From NCBI GenBank assembly GCA_016209985.1, contig JACQVB010000152.1, positions 9,539 through 73,538 on the forward strand: DNA of 64,000 bases, written 5' to 3'. Source of the stretch: Gemmatimonadota bacterium. GTDB lineage: Bacteria > Gemmatimonadota > Gemmatimonadetes > Gemmatimonadales > GWC2-71-9. The stretch's first letter is position 1; each line of letters begins with the position of its first letter. The notes beneath the pieces are model-generated. The model did not search any database, had not been told where the DNA came from, and saw nothing but the letters and a program-made list of their open reading frames with translations. Both the position numbers and the translations under genes were made by a program. Shown piece after piece: positions 16,962 to 25,958 of this stretch.

Positions 16962-19173
16962 GACGTTGCTCGCCTGGCTGTTGACCTACGCCTTGCACAG
17001 TACCCTACTGCTGGGCATCGCATGGGTGCTGACTCGCCGCCTGGTGCAGCCCCATGGCGTGAGAGACCTCATCTGGAAGACCGCGTTGATCGGCGGCTTG
17101 GTTTCGTCATCGGTGCAGGTGATCGCGGGGATCGAGCCGGTTGGTGGCAGTTACGCGCTCGAGGCGGCAGCTGCAACCTCGCAGTCGACGGAGTTGCGAC
17201 CCGCCGACCCGCCGACCCGCCCGTCCGCGCTGCGACCCGCCGACCCGCCGACCCGCCTGTCCGCCCTGCGACCCGCCGACCCGCCGACCCGCCGATCTGG
17301 ACTGGTTCTCGCCCTGGCGGGATGGATCATCACCGCCCTCATCCTGGCCGCGCACCTCCTCACCGCGCAGTTCCTGCTCGTGGTGCGCGTCGGCAGGCGC
17401 GCGTTGGTACGGGACGCGCAGTTGGTTGAGCTGGTGGACTTGCTCCGGGAAGAAGCGGGCCTTCGCCACCATATTCGCCTGACGCGTGCGGAAGGCTTGC
17501 CGAGCCCCGTGGCGTTGGGCCTCTCCGAGATCTGCATTCCCGACGCCGCGCTGACCGAGCTGGACCGCGAACAGCAGGAAAGCATGCTGGCCCACGAGCT
17601 GGCGCATCTGGCGCGGCGTGATCCCGTGTGGCTGTTCGTGAGCTGTCTCATCGAGCGGATCTTCTTCTTCCAGCCGCTGAATCGCCTGGCGCGGCGCCGG
17701 ATCCAGGAATCGGCCGAATATCTGTGTGATGACTGGGCCGCGCGGCGCTCCGGCTCAGGTCTTACGCTGGCCAAGTGTCTCGTCAAAGTGGCAGAATGGA
17801 TCGACACGATGCCGGAGCCGGTGCCGGTGTCGGGAATGGCCGAAATGCGCTCCCATTTCGTGTCGCGCATTCATCGCTTGATCGCGAATCATGCCCTGGT
17901 TACCCAGCCCACCCGGCGCTGGCTGGTTCCGGCCGCCATGGGCGCGGTAGCGGTGATCGTGGCCGCCGCACCTGGGGTGACGGCAACGAGGACGGTCGGA
18001 CGGTCGGACGGTCGGACGGGCAGTGCGACATCTCAATCGATTTCCCCGGCGGCCATCGCTACCCGTACGGTCGAGAGCTCGGAAACGCGCCCCGCGACCA
18101 CAACCAACGTGGAATTCACCGTCCGACCGTCTGACCGTCCAACCGTCCAGCCGTCTGACCGTCTGACCGTCGATGCTCCGCCGATGACGCTGGCTCAGAT
18201 CCGGCAGGGACGCGACACGGCCGCGATAACGGCCTTGATGGCGGCACTGAAGGACGAGGATGTGGAGGTCCGTCGGGCGGCCGCCCGGGCGCTGGGCAAC
18301 CGGCGCGATCCGCGGGCCGTACCGGCGCTGATGGCGGCGCTGGGTGACAGCGACGCCGAAGTGCGCGCGAAAGTGGTGGAAGCCCTCGCCGGCCTGCGCG
18401 ACGCGCGGGCGACCGACGGTCTGGTGCGCGCGCTCAAGGACGAGAACGCCGAGGTCCGCGCCCATGCGGCCGAGGCCTTGGGAGAGCTGCCCGATACCCG
18501 GCGCGGCTATTCCGCGGAGGCGCAGCGAGTCATCGCCGCGCTGGCGAGCCTGATGAGCGACGTTTCGGCTGAGGTGCGGAAGGAAGCGATTCAGGCGTTG
18601 CGGGAGGTGAAGGGCGCCCGCCTGACCGACCCGCTGATCACCGCGCTCAAGGATGCCGATGCCGATGTGCGGCAATCAGCCGCGGAGGCGCTCGGCGCGG
18701 CGGAAGCGCGCGGGGCGGTACAGCCGCTGATCGCCGCGCTCTCGGATCCCGCCGCCGACGTGCGTCACGCCGCCGCGCACGCGCTGGGCCATCTCCGGGA
18801 CCCGCAGGCAACCGAACCGCTCACCCGGTTGCTCAAGGACCCCAACGCCGAAGTCCGCCAGGCGGCGGCCGAATCGCTGGGCGAGCTGGAGTTGCCCCAG
18901 GCTCCAGCCGCACTGCTCGAGGCGATGCACGACCAGAGCGCGGAGGTCCGTCACCAGGCGGTTCAGGCGGTCGGCAACATCCGGGACCCCAGGGCGGTGC
19001 CGGCCCTCGCCGGTTTGCTCAACGATCCTGACCCGGATGTCCGTGAAATGGCGATCGAGGCATTGAGCAATATCCGCGACGCGGCGGCCATCGACGCGCT
19101 GGTGTCGGCCCTGCAGTCCAAAGACCCCAATGTGCGCAAACGCGCCGCCGAAGCCCTCGGCGAGCGGAACTGA
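16948..19173 (+). CDS. BlaR1-like M56 family membrane metalloprotease fused to C-terminal HEAT (PBS-lyase type) repeats
   Basis: GTG start overlaps the blaI stop. N-terminal TM helices, HELAHLARRD (HEXXH) and a further TM (WLVPAAMGAVAVIVAAAP). Then a low-complexity linker and about ten repeats of D.DVR..AA.ALG...D.RA...L. Confidence 0.85.
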   Translation: MLRSETLLAWLLTYALHSTLLLGIAWVLTRRLVQPHGVRDLIWKTALIGGLVSSSVQVIAGIEPVGGSYALEAAAATSQSTELRPADPPTRPSALRPADPPTRLSALRPADPPTRRSGLVLALAGWIITALILAAHLLTAQFLLVVRVGRRALVRDAQLVELVDLLREEAGLRHHIRLTRAEGLPSPVALGLSEICIPDAALTELDREQQESMLAHELAHLARRDPVWLFVSCLIERIFFFQPLNRLARRRIQESAEYLCDDWAARRSGSGLTLAKCLVKVAEWIDTMPEPVPVSGMAEMRSHFVSRIHRLIANHALVTQPTRRWLVPAAMGAVAVIVAAAPGVTATRTVGRSDGRTGSATSQSISPAAIATRTVESSETRPATTTNVEFTVRPSDRPTVQPSDRLTVDAPPMTLAQIRQGRDTAAITALMAALKDEDVEVRRAAARALGNRRDPRAVPALMAALGDSDAEVRAKVVEALAGLRDARATDGLVRALKDENAEVRAHAAEALGELPDTRRGYSAEAQRVIAALASLMSDVSAEVRKEAIQALREVKGARLTDPLITALKDADADVRQSAAEALGAAEARGAVQPLIAALSDPAADVRHAAAHALGHLRDPQATEPLTRLLKDPNAEVRQAAAESLGELELPQAPAALLEAMHDQSAEVRHQAVQAVGNIRDPRAVPALAGLLNDPDPDVREMAIEALSNIRDAAAIDALVSALQSKDPNVRKRAAEALGERN
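17194..17301. repeat. 3 x 36-nt in-frame tandem repeat inside the BlaR1-like CDS, each unit containing a CGACCCGC octamer triplet
   Basis: (t/c)tgcgacccgccgacccgccgacccgcc... repeated at 17194, 17230 and 17266. Encodes LRPADPPTRPSA / LRPADPPTRLSA / LRPADPPTRRSG. Confidence 0.9.
17989..18172. repeat. Octamer-array inverted repeat (GGACGGTC family) embedded in frame in the BlaR1-like CDS
   Basis: Left arm gaggacggtcggacggtcggacggtcggacgggcag (17989-18024). Right arm caccgtccgaccgtctgaccgtccaaccgtccagccgtctgaccgtctgaccgtcg (18117-18172). The right arm shares aaccgtccagccgtc with the intergenic element at 4897-5024. Confidence 0.85.
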
Positions 19174-19182
19174 GGAGCGACC

Positions 19183-20655
19183 ATGCTGGGGAACTGGAAA
19201 CTCGCCGGCTTCATGCTGCTCGCCGGAGCCTTCGGCTCAACTGCCGTGCTGGCCGCGCGCCGGCCCGCTCCTTCGCTGCCCCTTCGCTTCGCTCAGGGCG
19301 GCGGCTCAGAGCAGGCTTACCCGCCGAGGACTGATAAGAACGGTCCCGATTCTGCTCGAGTGGCGCGATTCCTGGAAGGGCTGGGCGCCACCGACCCCGT
19401 CGTGTGCGAGATGGCGGTGGATAACCTGGGGAACGGCTGGGGATGGCACAGTCGCCGCGAACCGGTCGGCGTGCTCCGGGACCGCCGCGACGCCGACCGA
19501 GAAGCGCGCAACGCATTCTCGCGCCCGGTCGATGATCCCAAGGCGCTGCCGCTCCTGGTCGACCGGCTGGCGGATCCCAACCCCTGCGTCCGCCGCGCCG
19601 CCGCCCGCATGCTGGGTGCACACCGCAGCGAGATGGCGCGACGGATGCTTCGCGCCAAGCTGCGGGACCCGCAGCCGCAGGTTCGCGAAGCCGCCGCACT
19701 CGGAGTGGGGGAGAGGGAAGACCCGCAAGCATACGACGACCTGCTCCGCGGCTTGCGCGATGCCGATCTCTACGTCGTGCGGATGTCGACGTGGGCGCTG
19801 GGCGAGCTGGAAGACCGCCGCGCCCTCACCGCGCTGGCTGCCCTCCTCGAGAACGCCGACGCGGGTGTGCGGGCCGCCGCGGTGTGGGCGCTGGGAAATC
19901 TGGAGGATGCCAGAGCCGTGCCCGGCCTGATCCAGCGGTTGCAGGATCGTAGCCCCGGCGTGCGCGAGCTGGCGGCGATGGCCCTGGGTGACATCGAGAG
20001 CAAATCTGCCACCCCGGCGTTGATCGACGCGCTGGACGATCAGGATCTGGGCGTGCGGCGCGCCGTGGTGCATGCTCTGGCGGATATCGAAGATCCCAAG
20101 TCGGCGACCGCCCTTGCCGGCCTGTTGCAGGCGAGTGATGCCGGGTTACGCATGGAGGCAGCGCATGCGTTGGGTGAGATCGAGGATCCGCGCTCCGTCT
20201 CCGCATTGAGCCGCGCGCTCAAGGACGAGGACCCCGCGGTTCGTGCGCAAGCCGCGTGGGCGCTCGGGGAAATCGAAGATGCGCGCTCCGCCCCGGCGCT
20301 GGCCCAGGCGGTGGCGGACTCCGATTTGGAAGTGAAAAAGAACGCGGTGCACGCGCTCGGTGAGCTGGACGATCTTCATCAGGCTCCGGCGAATCTCGTG
20401 AACGCGCTGGCGGACGCGAATCCAGAGATCCGGGCCATGGCGGCCGGGGCGCTGGGAGAGATCGGAGATCCCGCTACGGCACCGGCGCTCGGCCGCGCGC
20501 TCCAGGATGAAGTTCCCGAGGTTCGTCGCGAGGCGATCAGAGCGCTGGGCGAGATGGAAGACGCATCGGTCACCTCCCTTCTGGTAGCGGCACTCAAGGA
20601 TTCGGATCCCGAAGTGCGGCGCGAGGCCGCCCAGGCGCTGGGAGATCGAAAGTAG
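19183..20655 (+). CDS. Exported HEAT-repeat (PBS-lyase type) protein
   Basis: Signal peptide MLGNWKLAGFMLLAGAFGSTAVLAA. The remainder is a nearly uninterrupted 31-aa-period repeat (D.D..VR..A..ALGEIED.R....L). RBS GAGGAG. Starts 10 nt after the M56-HEAT gene. Confidence 0.85.
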   Translation: MLGNWKLAGFMLLAGAFGSTAVLAARRPAPSLPLRFAQGGGSEQAYPPRTDKNGPDSARVARFLEGLGATDPVVCEMAVDNLGNGWGWHSRREPVGVLRDRRDADREARNAFSRPVDDPKALPLLVDRLADPNPCVRRAAARMLGAHRSEMARRMLRAKLRDPQPQVREAAALGVGEREDPQAYDDLLRGLRDADLYVVRMSTWALGELEDRRALTALAALLENADAGVRAAAVWALGNLEDARAVPGLIQRLQDRSPGVRELAAMALGDIESKSATPALIDALDDQDLGVRRAVVHALADIEDPKSATALAGLLQASDAGLRMEAAHALGEIEDPRSVSALSRALKDEDPAVRAQAAWALGEIEDARSAPALAQAVADSDLEVKKNAVHALGELDDLHQAPANLVNALADANPEIRAMAAGALGEIGDPATAPALGRALQDEVPEVRREAIRALGEMEDASVTSLLVAALKDSDPEVRREAAQALGDRK

Positions 20656-20666
20656 AGGCTTGAAGT

Positions 20667-22844
20667 TTGACGGAGACACGCCGATGTTGCGGCGTGCGCA
20701 AACGTTTTGCCATCGTCGCCCTCTTCCTTGGGGCGACTTTCGCTCCCGGTGGACCACCGCGATCGTGGAACGGTCCCTCGCTTGCCGATACGACGAGTTT
20801 CTGCGCTCGCGCGCCGGCACCCGCTGATCCCGCGCACGACATCTACTGTCTCGAGCTGATCCCGCGCCCCGACATCCGCGAGGCCACCGGCGTGGTGGAG
20901 CTGCGGCGCCCTCCCTCTCCGTTTGACGTCGCCGTCTCAGTGGAAGGACATCAGCTCTACGACCTGGTAATGACCCTGCAGGGTCTTCCCGACCCCCATT
21001 CGCTGGGGGCGTATGCGACCTATGTGGCGTGGCTCGGACCGCCCAGCCTGTACCCGATGAAGAACCTCGGCGAGGTGCGGAATGGCCGGGTCGAGCTGGG
21101 ACGGGTGGCTCTGGAAAAGTTCATCGTCATGGTGTCAGCCGAATCGTCCGCGACGGTCTCTGAGCGCACCGGGCGACTCGTATTGCGGGGCAACTCACCC
21201 AGCACCCGCATGCAGCGGCACGACGTCCTGATGCTTCCCGGCGGGCCCGGCACGCATTCCATAGAGGCGATGCGCGGCTGGCCCATGCCCCCGATGGACA
21301 CGACGATTCCGATGTACATGCCGGGCATTGAAGCGCTGGTTCCGACCGCGACGCCACTGCTGCCGGTGGCGCCGGGCGGCGCGGTGGTTCCCGAAGCTCG
21401 GCCGCGCACGCTGCTCCCTCTGGCGGATGGTGATACCCTGCGCCTCGAGGCGGGCCTCGTCCGCCGTACCATCAACGGGCAATCGCTGCTGATGTACGGG
21501 TTCAACGGCCAGTATCCCGGCCCGCTGCTCTCAGTCCGGCAGAATGCGACCGTCGTCGTGGACTTCGTCAACCATCTCGATCAGCCGACCGCCGTTCATT
21601 GGCACGGCGTTCGTCTCGAGAACCGGTTCGACGGCGCCGTGGGCGTAACCCAGGAGGCAGTGCCCGCTGGCGGAAGGTTCACCTACCGGGTGCATTTCCG
21701 CGACGCCGGGATCTACTGGTATCACTCGCACTTCCGGGAGGACCTGCAGCAGGACCTCGGCCTCTACGGCAATATGTTGGTCCGCTCGTCTCGCCCTGAC
21801 TACTTCGCGCCGGTAAACCGGGAAGAGACCCTCATGCTCGACGACTTGCTTCTGGGTGACGCCGGCCCGATGCCGTTCGGTGAGGAAACCCCGACCCACG
21901 CACTGATGGGCCGGTTCGGAAACGTTTTCCTTATTAATGGGGAGCCCCGCTACACCCTTGCGGTGGCGCGCGGCGAGGTGGTGCGGTTCTACGTGACGAA
22001 TGTGGCGAACACTCGCAGCTTCAACCTGTCCTTCGGCGGTGCGCCGATCAAGCTGGTCGCGGCGGACGCGGGGAAGTTCGAGCGCGAGTCATGGGTGGAG
22101 AGCGTGTCGATCGCTCCGGCGCAGCGCTACGTGGTGGAGGTGAAATTTCCCGCTACCGGCGACGTGCCGCTGGTGAACCAGGTGCAGGCCATCAACCATT
22201 CCTTCGGCTATTTCTTCCCGCAGTCCGACACGCTGGGGGTCGTCCACGTCGGGAGCCGGGCATTGGCTCGCGACCATAGTGCGGAATTCGCGCGCCTTCG
22301 CACCAACGCCGACGTCGCCGGCGAGATGTCGCGCTACCGCCGGTATTTTACCCGTCCTCTCGATCGCGAACTGGTTCTCACGCTCAAAGTGCACGAGCTG
22401 CCATTCGCGCTGGAGCAGCTTCTGCAAATCGAAACCGGATATTTCAGCCCGGTCGAGTGGAGCGGCACCATGCCCATGATGGACTGGCTCTCCACCGGCA
22501 AGCAGGCGGAATGGACCCTCCGCGATCCGGCGAGTGGCAAGGAGAACATGGCTATCGACTGGCGGTTCAGGGTCGGCGACGTGGTGAAGATCCGGCTGGT
22601 CAACGACCGGAACACGTTGCACGCCATGGCGCACCCGATACACCTTCACGGTCAGCGCTTTCTGGTGCTTTCCCAAAACGGCGTGCCCAACGACGATTTG
22701 GTGTGGAAGGACACGATCCTCGTGCCGGTGGGGTCGACCGCCGAGCTGCTGGTGGAGATGTCGAATCCGGGACGGTGGATGCTGCACTGCCACATCGCGG
22801 AACATTTGCAGGCCGGGATGATGGGAGTGTTCGAAGTGAATTAG
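20667..22844 (+). CDS. Multicopper oxidase with about 230-aa N-terminal extension
   Basis: Copper-ligand motifs HWHG, YWYHSH, HPIHLHG and HCHIAEHLQAGMMG. Start uncertain: TTG at 20667, or GTG at 20694 giving MRKRFAIVALFLGATF. Confidence 0.85.
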   Translation: MTETRRCCGVRKRFAIVALFLGATFAPGGPPRSWNGPSLADTTSFCARAPAPADPAHDIYCLELIPRPDIREATGVVELRRPPSPFDVAVSVEGHQLYDLVMTLQGLPDPHSLGAYATYVAWLGPPSLYPMKNLGEVRNGRVELGRVALEKFIVMVSAESSATVSERTGRLVLRGNSPSTRMQRHDVLMLPGGPGTHSIEAMRGWPMPPMDTTIPMYMPGIEALVPTATPLLPVAPGGAVVPEARPRTLLPLADGDTLRLEAGLVRRTINGQSLLMYGFNGQYPGPLLSVRQNATVVVDFVNHLDQPTAVHWHGVRLENRFDGAVGVTQEAVPAGGRFTYRVHFRDAGIYWYHSHFREDLQQDLGLYGNMLVRSSRPDYFAPVNREETLMLDDLLLGDAGPMPFGEETPTHALMGRFGNVFLINGEPRYTLAVARGEVVRFYVTNVANTRSFNLSFGGAPIKLVAADAGKFERESWVESVSIAPAQRYVVEVKFPATGDVPLVNQVQAINHSFGYFFPQSDTLGVVHVGSRALARDHSAEFARLRTNADVAGEMSRYRRYFTRPLDRELVLTLKVHELPFALEQLLQIETGYFSPVEWSGTMPMMDWLSTGKQAEWTLRDPASGKENMAIDWRFRVGDVVKIRLVNDRNTLHAMAHPIHLHGQRFLVLSQNGVPNDDLVWKDTILVPVGSTAELLVEMSNPGRWMLHCHIAEHLQAGMMGVFEVN

Positions 22845-22866
22845 CCATCAGCCGTCAGCCATCAGT
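22844..22866. repeat. Solo arm of heptamer array (CAGCCAT family)
   Basis: gccatcagccgtcagccatcag directly abutting the multicopper oxidase stop codon. Same unit as the left arm at 60493-60514. Confidence 0.7.
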
Positions 22867-22936
22867 AGTTGACAGGCAAGGTTCTTCTCGTAGTTCTAAG
22901 CGTCCACGATTGGCAAAGATTCTTCCCGGAGTCACC

Positions 22937-24349
22937 ATGAAAACAACGTCGTCGTTCTGCGCTGTTACGCTCGGCTTTGCGTCGTTGCTTTCCGCGCAGG
23001 CGCCCGCGCCGTTGACCTCTGCGCTGCAGCAGTTCGTCGCCGTGCCGGAGGCAGTCGTTGCCCTCACCCACGTCCGGGTGGTCGACGGCGATGGCGTGGC
23101 ACCGGTCGAGGACCAGACGGTCGTGATCGCGAATGGAAAGATCCAGGCGGTGGGCCGGTTCGGCTCGACGCAACCGCCGGCCGGCGCTCGAGTCATGGAT
23201 CTCAACGGCCATACCGTGATTCCGGGCATCGTCGGTCTGCACGACCACTCGTTCTACGGGGGCGGTGGCTGGCCGTACGCGTTCTCCGCGGTCGCGGTCC
23301 CGCGCCTGTATCTGGCATCCGGCGTCACCACGATCCGGACCACCGGCAGCCTGGCGCCCTATGATGAGCTCAACCTCTGGAAGGCGATCGAACGCGGCCA
23401 GTCCGTGGGCCCGAGAATGTTCATCACCGGGCCGTACCTGAACAGCGGCGTGCCCGGGCTCACCGCCATGGTGCGGGTCGATTCAGCGGAGGATGCCCGG
23501 CGGGTGGTGCGCTACTGGGCGGAAGAGGGCGTCACCTGGATCAAGGCGTACGCCAACATCAACCGCGCGGCACTCGGCGCGGCGATCGACGAGGCCCACA
23601 AGCACGGGGTCAAGGTCACCGCGCACCTCTGCTCCGTGGGCTTCCGCGAAGCGGTGGCGCTGGGCATCGATCAGCTCGAGCATGGCCTGCTCACCAACCT
23701 CGAGTATCACCCCAACAAGAAACCGGACGAGTGCCCCCGCGAGCCGATGGACTGGAGCAAGGTGGACGTCAATAGCCCGCAGGTGCAGCAGACCTTCAAG
23801 GACATGGTCTCGCACAATGTGGGAATGACTTCTACGCTGGCCGTTTACGAGATCTCGTACCCCAACCGTCCCCCTCTCGAGCAGCGCGTGCTGGATGCCA
23901 TGTACGAGGGCGCACGGACGAGCTACCTGACCAACCGCGCCAGGATACCGGCGAATCGGTCCGACGTCCCGCTCAAGAAGGCCATGGAGTACGATCTCGC
24001 GTTCGTCAAAGCGGGGGGGCTGCTCGCAGCAGGCGTCGATCCCACCGGCAACGGCGGCGCGCTTCCGGGCTACGGTGACCAGCGGAACTACGAGCTGCTG
24101 ATCGAGGCGGGCTTCACCCCGGTCCAGGCGATCCAGATACTGACGTCGAACGGCGCCAAGGTTCTGGGGAAATACGACGAGTTCGGCACGGTGACGGCGG
24201 GCAAGTCCGCCGATCTCGTCGTCATCAAGGGGAACCCGATCGCGACGCCCGCCGAGATGCGAAATGTCGTGTACGTCTTCAAGCAGGGCGTGGGTTACGA
24301 CTCGCCCAAGCTGATCGAGTCGGTCAAGGGACAGGTGGGACTGAAATGA
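22937..24349 (+). CDS. Secreted amidohydrolase-family protein (copy 1)
   Basis: ATG at 22937 (MKTTSSFCAVTLGFASLLSAQAP) rather than the track start at 22457, which overlaps the oxidase. VIPGIVGLHDHSF metal-binding HxH. KVTAHLCS, GIDQLEH and GVDPTGNG motifs of the metal-dependent hydrolase fold. Confidence 0.8.
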   Translation: MKTTSSFCAVTLGFASLLSAQAPAPLTSALQQFVAVPEAVVALTHVRVVDGDGVAPVEDQTVVIANGKIQAVGRFGSTQPPAGARVMDLNGHTVIPGIVGLHDHSFYGGGGWPYAFSAVAVPRLYLASGVTTIRTTGSLAPYDELNLWKAIERGQSVGPRMFITGPYLNSGVPGLTAMVRVDSAEDARRVVRYWAEEGVTWIKAYANINRAALGAAIDEAHKHGVKVTAHLCSVGFREAVALGIDQLEHGLLTNLEYHPNKKPDECPREPMDWSKVDVNSPQVQQTFKDMVSHNVGMTSTLAVYEISYPNRPPLEQRVLDAMYEGARTSYLTNRARIPANRSDVPLKKAMEYDLAFVKAGGLLAAGVDPTGNGGALPGYGDQRNYELLIEAGFTPVQAIQILTSNGAKVLGKYDEFGTVTAGKSADLVVIKGNPIATPAEMRNVVYVFKQGVGYDSPKLIESVKGQVGLK

Positions 24350-25812
24350 CGAGGGAAGAGGGAAGAGGGAAGAGGGAAGAGTGCATCCCCGTGGCCGCGC
24401 TTTTGTTGGCGGCGGCGACGGCAGCGAACCTGTACGCCCAGGGGCCTCAGCTTTCACCCGAGGTCCGACAGTACGTGAGTGTCGACACGCCGTTGGTTGC
24501 GATCACCCACGTGAAGCTGATCGATGGGACCGGCGCACCGGCTGCCCCCGATCAAACCGTGGTCATTGCCAACGGCAAGATCCAGGTGGTTGGTGCGGCG
24601 GCGACCGTGAAGCCGCCCGCCGGTGCCAGGGTCATGGATCTGACCGGCCACATGCTTATCCCGGGCCTTATCGGGATGCACGATCACACGTTCTATCTCA
24701 CGTACGGCGTCGAGCGGCCCATCCAGAGCAATTACAGTTACCCGCGGCTCTATCTGGGCAGCGGCGTGACGACCATCCGCACCACCGGCAGCATGAGTCC
24801 GTACGCCGAGATCAACATCAAGGCCGAGATCGATCGGGGTGATTCGCCCGGGCCCCACATGTATGTCACCGGCCCCTACATCATCGGTCCCAAGCCCGAT
24901 CCCCGCCTGGAACCGTTCGGCGCGCTGCGGGCTGCGACCCCCGAAGCAGCGCGGCGCGCAGTGGCGTATTGGGCCGAGGAGGGTGCTACCTGGATCAAGG
25001 TCTACGCGAGCATCAGTCGCGCTCAACTCGCGGCGGTAGTCGATGAAGCGCACCAGCACGGGATGAAGGTGACCGGGCATCTTTGCGCGGTGGGATATCG
25101 CGAGGCGGTGGCACTGGGCATCGACCACCTGGAGCACACCCTGTTCGCCAACTCCGAATACGATCCGCAGAAGCAGCCCGACGTCTGCCCACCGACGTAT
25201 CGCAGCGCGATGACGAATCTCGACATCGGGGGAGAACCGGTTCGGGCGACGTTCCGCGATCTCGTTTCCCGCGGTGTCGGAATGACGTCGACGCTGGCGG
25301 TCTACGAGTGCACCGTTCCCGGCCGGCCCACCCGGCACGCCCACGTACTCGAAGCGTTCTCGCCCGAAATGCAACGGGAGGATTCCGTCCGGTTCGCGAC
25401 GGTGTCTCAGGGCAAAGTAGCGTCCTACTGGCCTGCCGTCTTCAAGAAGACCATGGACTACGAGGTCGCGTTCGTGAAAGCGGGCGGGTTGTTGGTGGCC
25501 GGTGTGGATCCGGCGTGGTGCATCACGGCGGGCCGGGGCGACCAGCGGGAATTCGAGCTGCTGGTCGAGGCCGGGTTCACGCCGGTCCAGGCCGTGCAGA
25601 TCATGACCGCAAATGGGGCGAAGGTTCTGGGAATCCTTGACCGGGTGGGCACGGTGACGGCCGGCAAGAACGCCGATTTGGCGGTCATCCGCGGAGACCT
25701 TACCGCGCGCGCTGCCGATATCGAGAACGTGACGCTGGTGTTCAAGGACGGTGTGGGTTTTGATGCGGTGAGGCTGGTCGAGGCGGCGAAGGGGCAGGTG
25801 GGACTGAGATAG
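24346..25812 (+). CDS. Secreted amidohydrolase-family protein (copy 2, tandem paralog)
   Basis: Colinear with 22937-24349: LIPGLIGMHDHTF, KVTGHLCAVGYREAVALGIDHLEH, GVDPAW, TAGKNADLAVI. ATGA overlap with the upstream stop. Alternative GTG start about 45 nt downstream. Confidence 0.8.
   Translation: MTREEGRGKREECIPVAALLLAAATAANLYAQGPQLSPEVRQYVSVDTPLVAITHVKLIDGTGAPAAPDQTVVIANGKIQVVGAAATVKPPAGARVMDLTGHMLIPGLIGMHDHTFYLTYGVERPIQSNYSYPRLYLGSGVTTIRTTGSMSPYAEINIKAEIDRGDSPGPHMYVTGPYIIGPKPDPRLEPFGALRAATPEAARRAVAYWAEEGATWIKVYASISRAQLAAVVDEAHQHGMKVTGHLCAVGYREAVALGIDHLEHTLFANSEYDPQKQPDVCPPTYRSAMTNLDIGGEPVRATFRDLVSRGVGMTSTLAVYECTVPGRPTRHAHVLEAFSPEMQREDSVRFATVSQGKVASYWPAVFKKTMDYEVAFVKAGGLLVAGVDPAWCITAGRGDQREFELLVEAGFTPVQAVQIMTANGAKVLGILDRVGTVTAGKNADLAVIRGDLTARAADIENVTLVFKDGVGFDAVRLVEAAKGQVGLR
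24351..24382. repeat. Solo heptamer array (GAGGGAA x4.5)
   Basis: gagggaa gagggaa gagggaa gagggaa gag at the junction of the two amidohydrolase paralogs. Would encode residues 3-13 (REEGRGKREEC) of the second if the ATG at 24346 is used. Confidence 0.85.
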
Positions 25813-25958
25813 CGATCCGGGCCGTCACCGGGGGGATTGACGCAAGGCGTGCTGCCCCTAAGTTGGGAACCGGAGAGAGACGCGGCTGTCCGCGTCTCGC
25901 CGCGTCCCCTCCGGTAGCTCTGCGTGCTCGCGCAGGAAGCGTTCGAACGGAGGATCCC

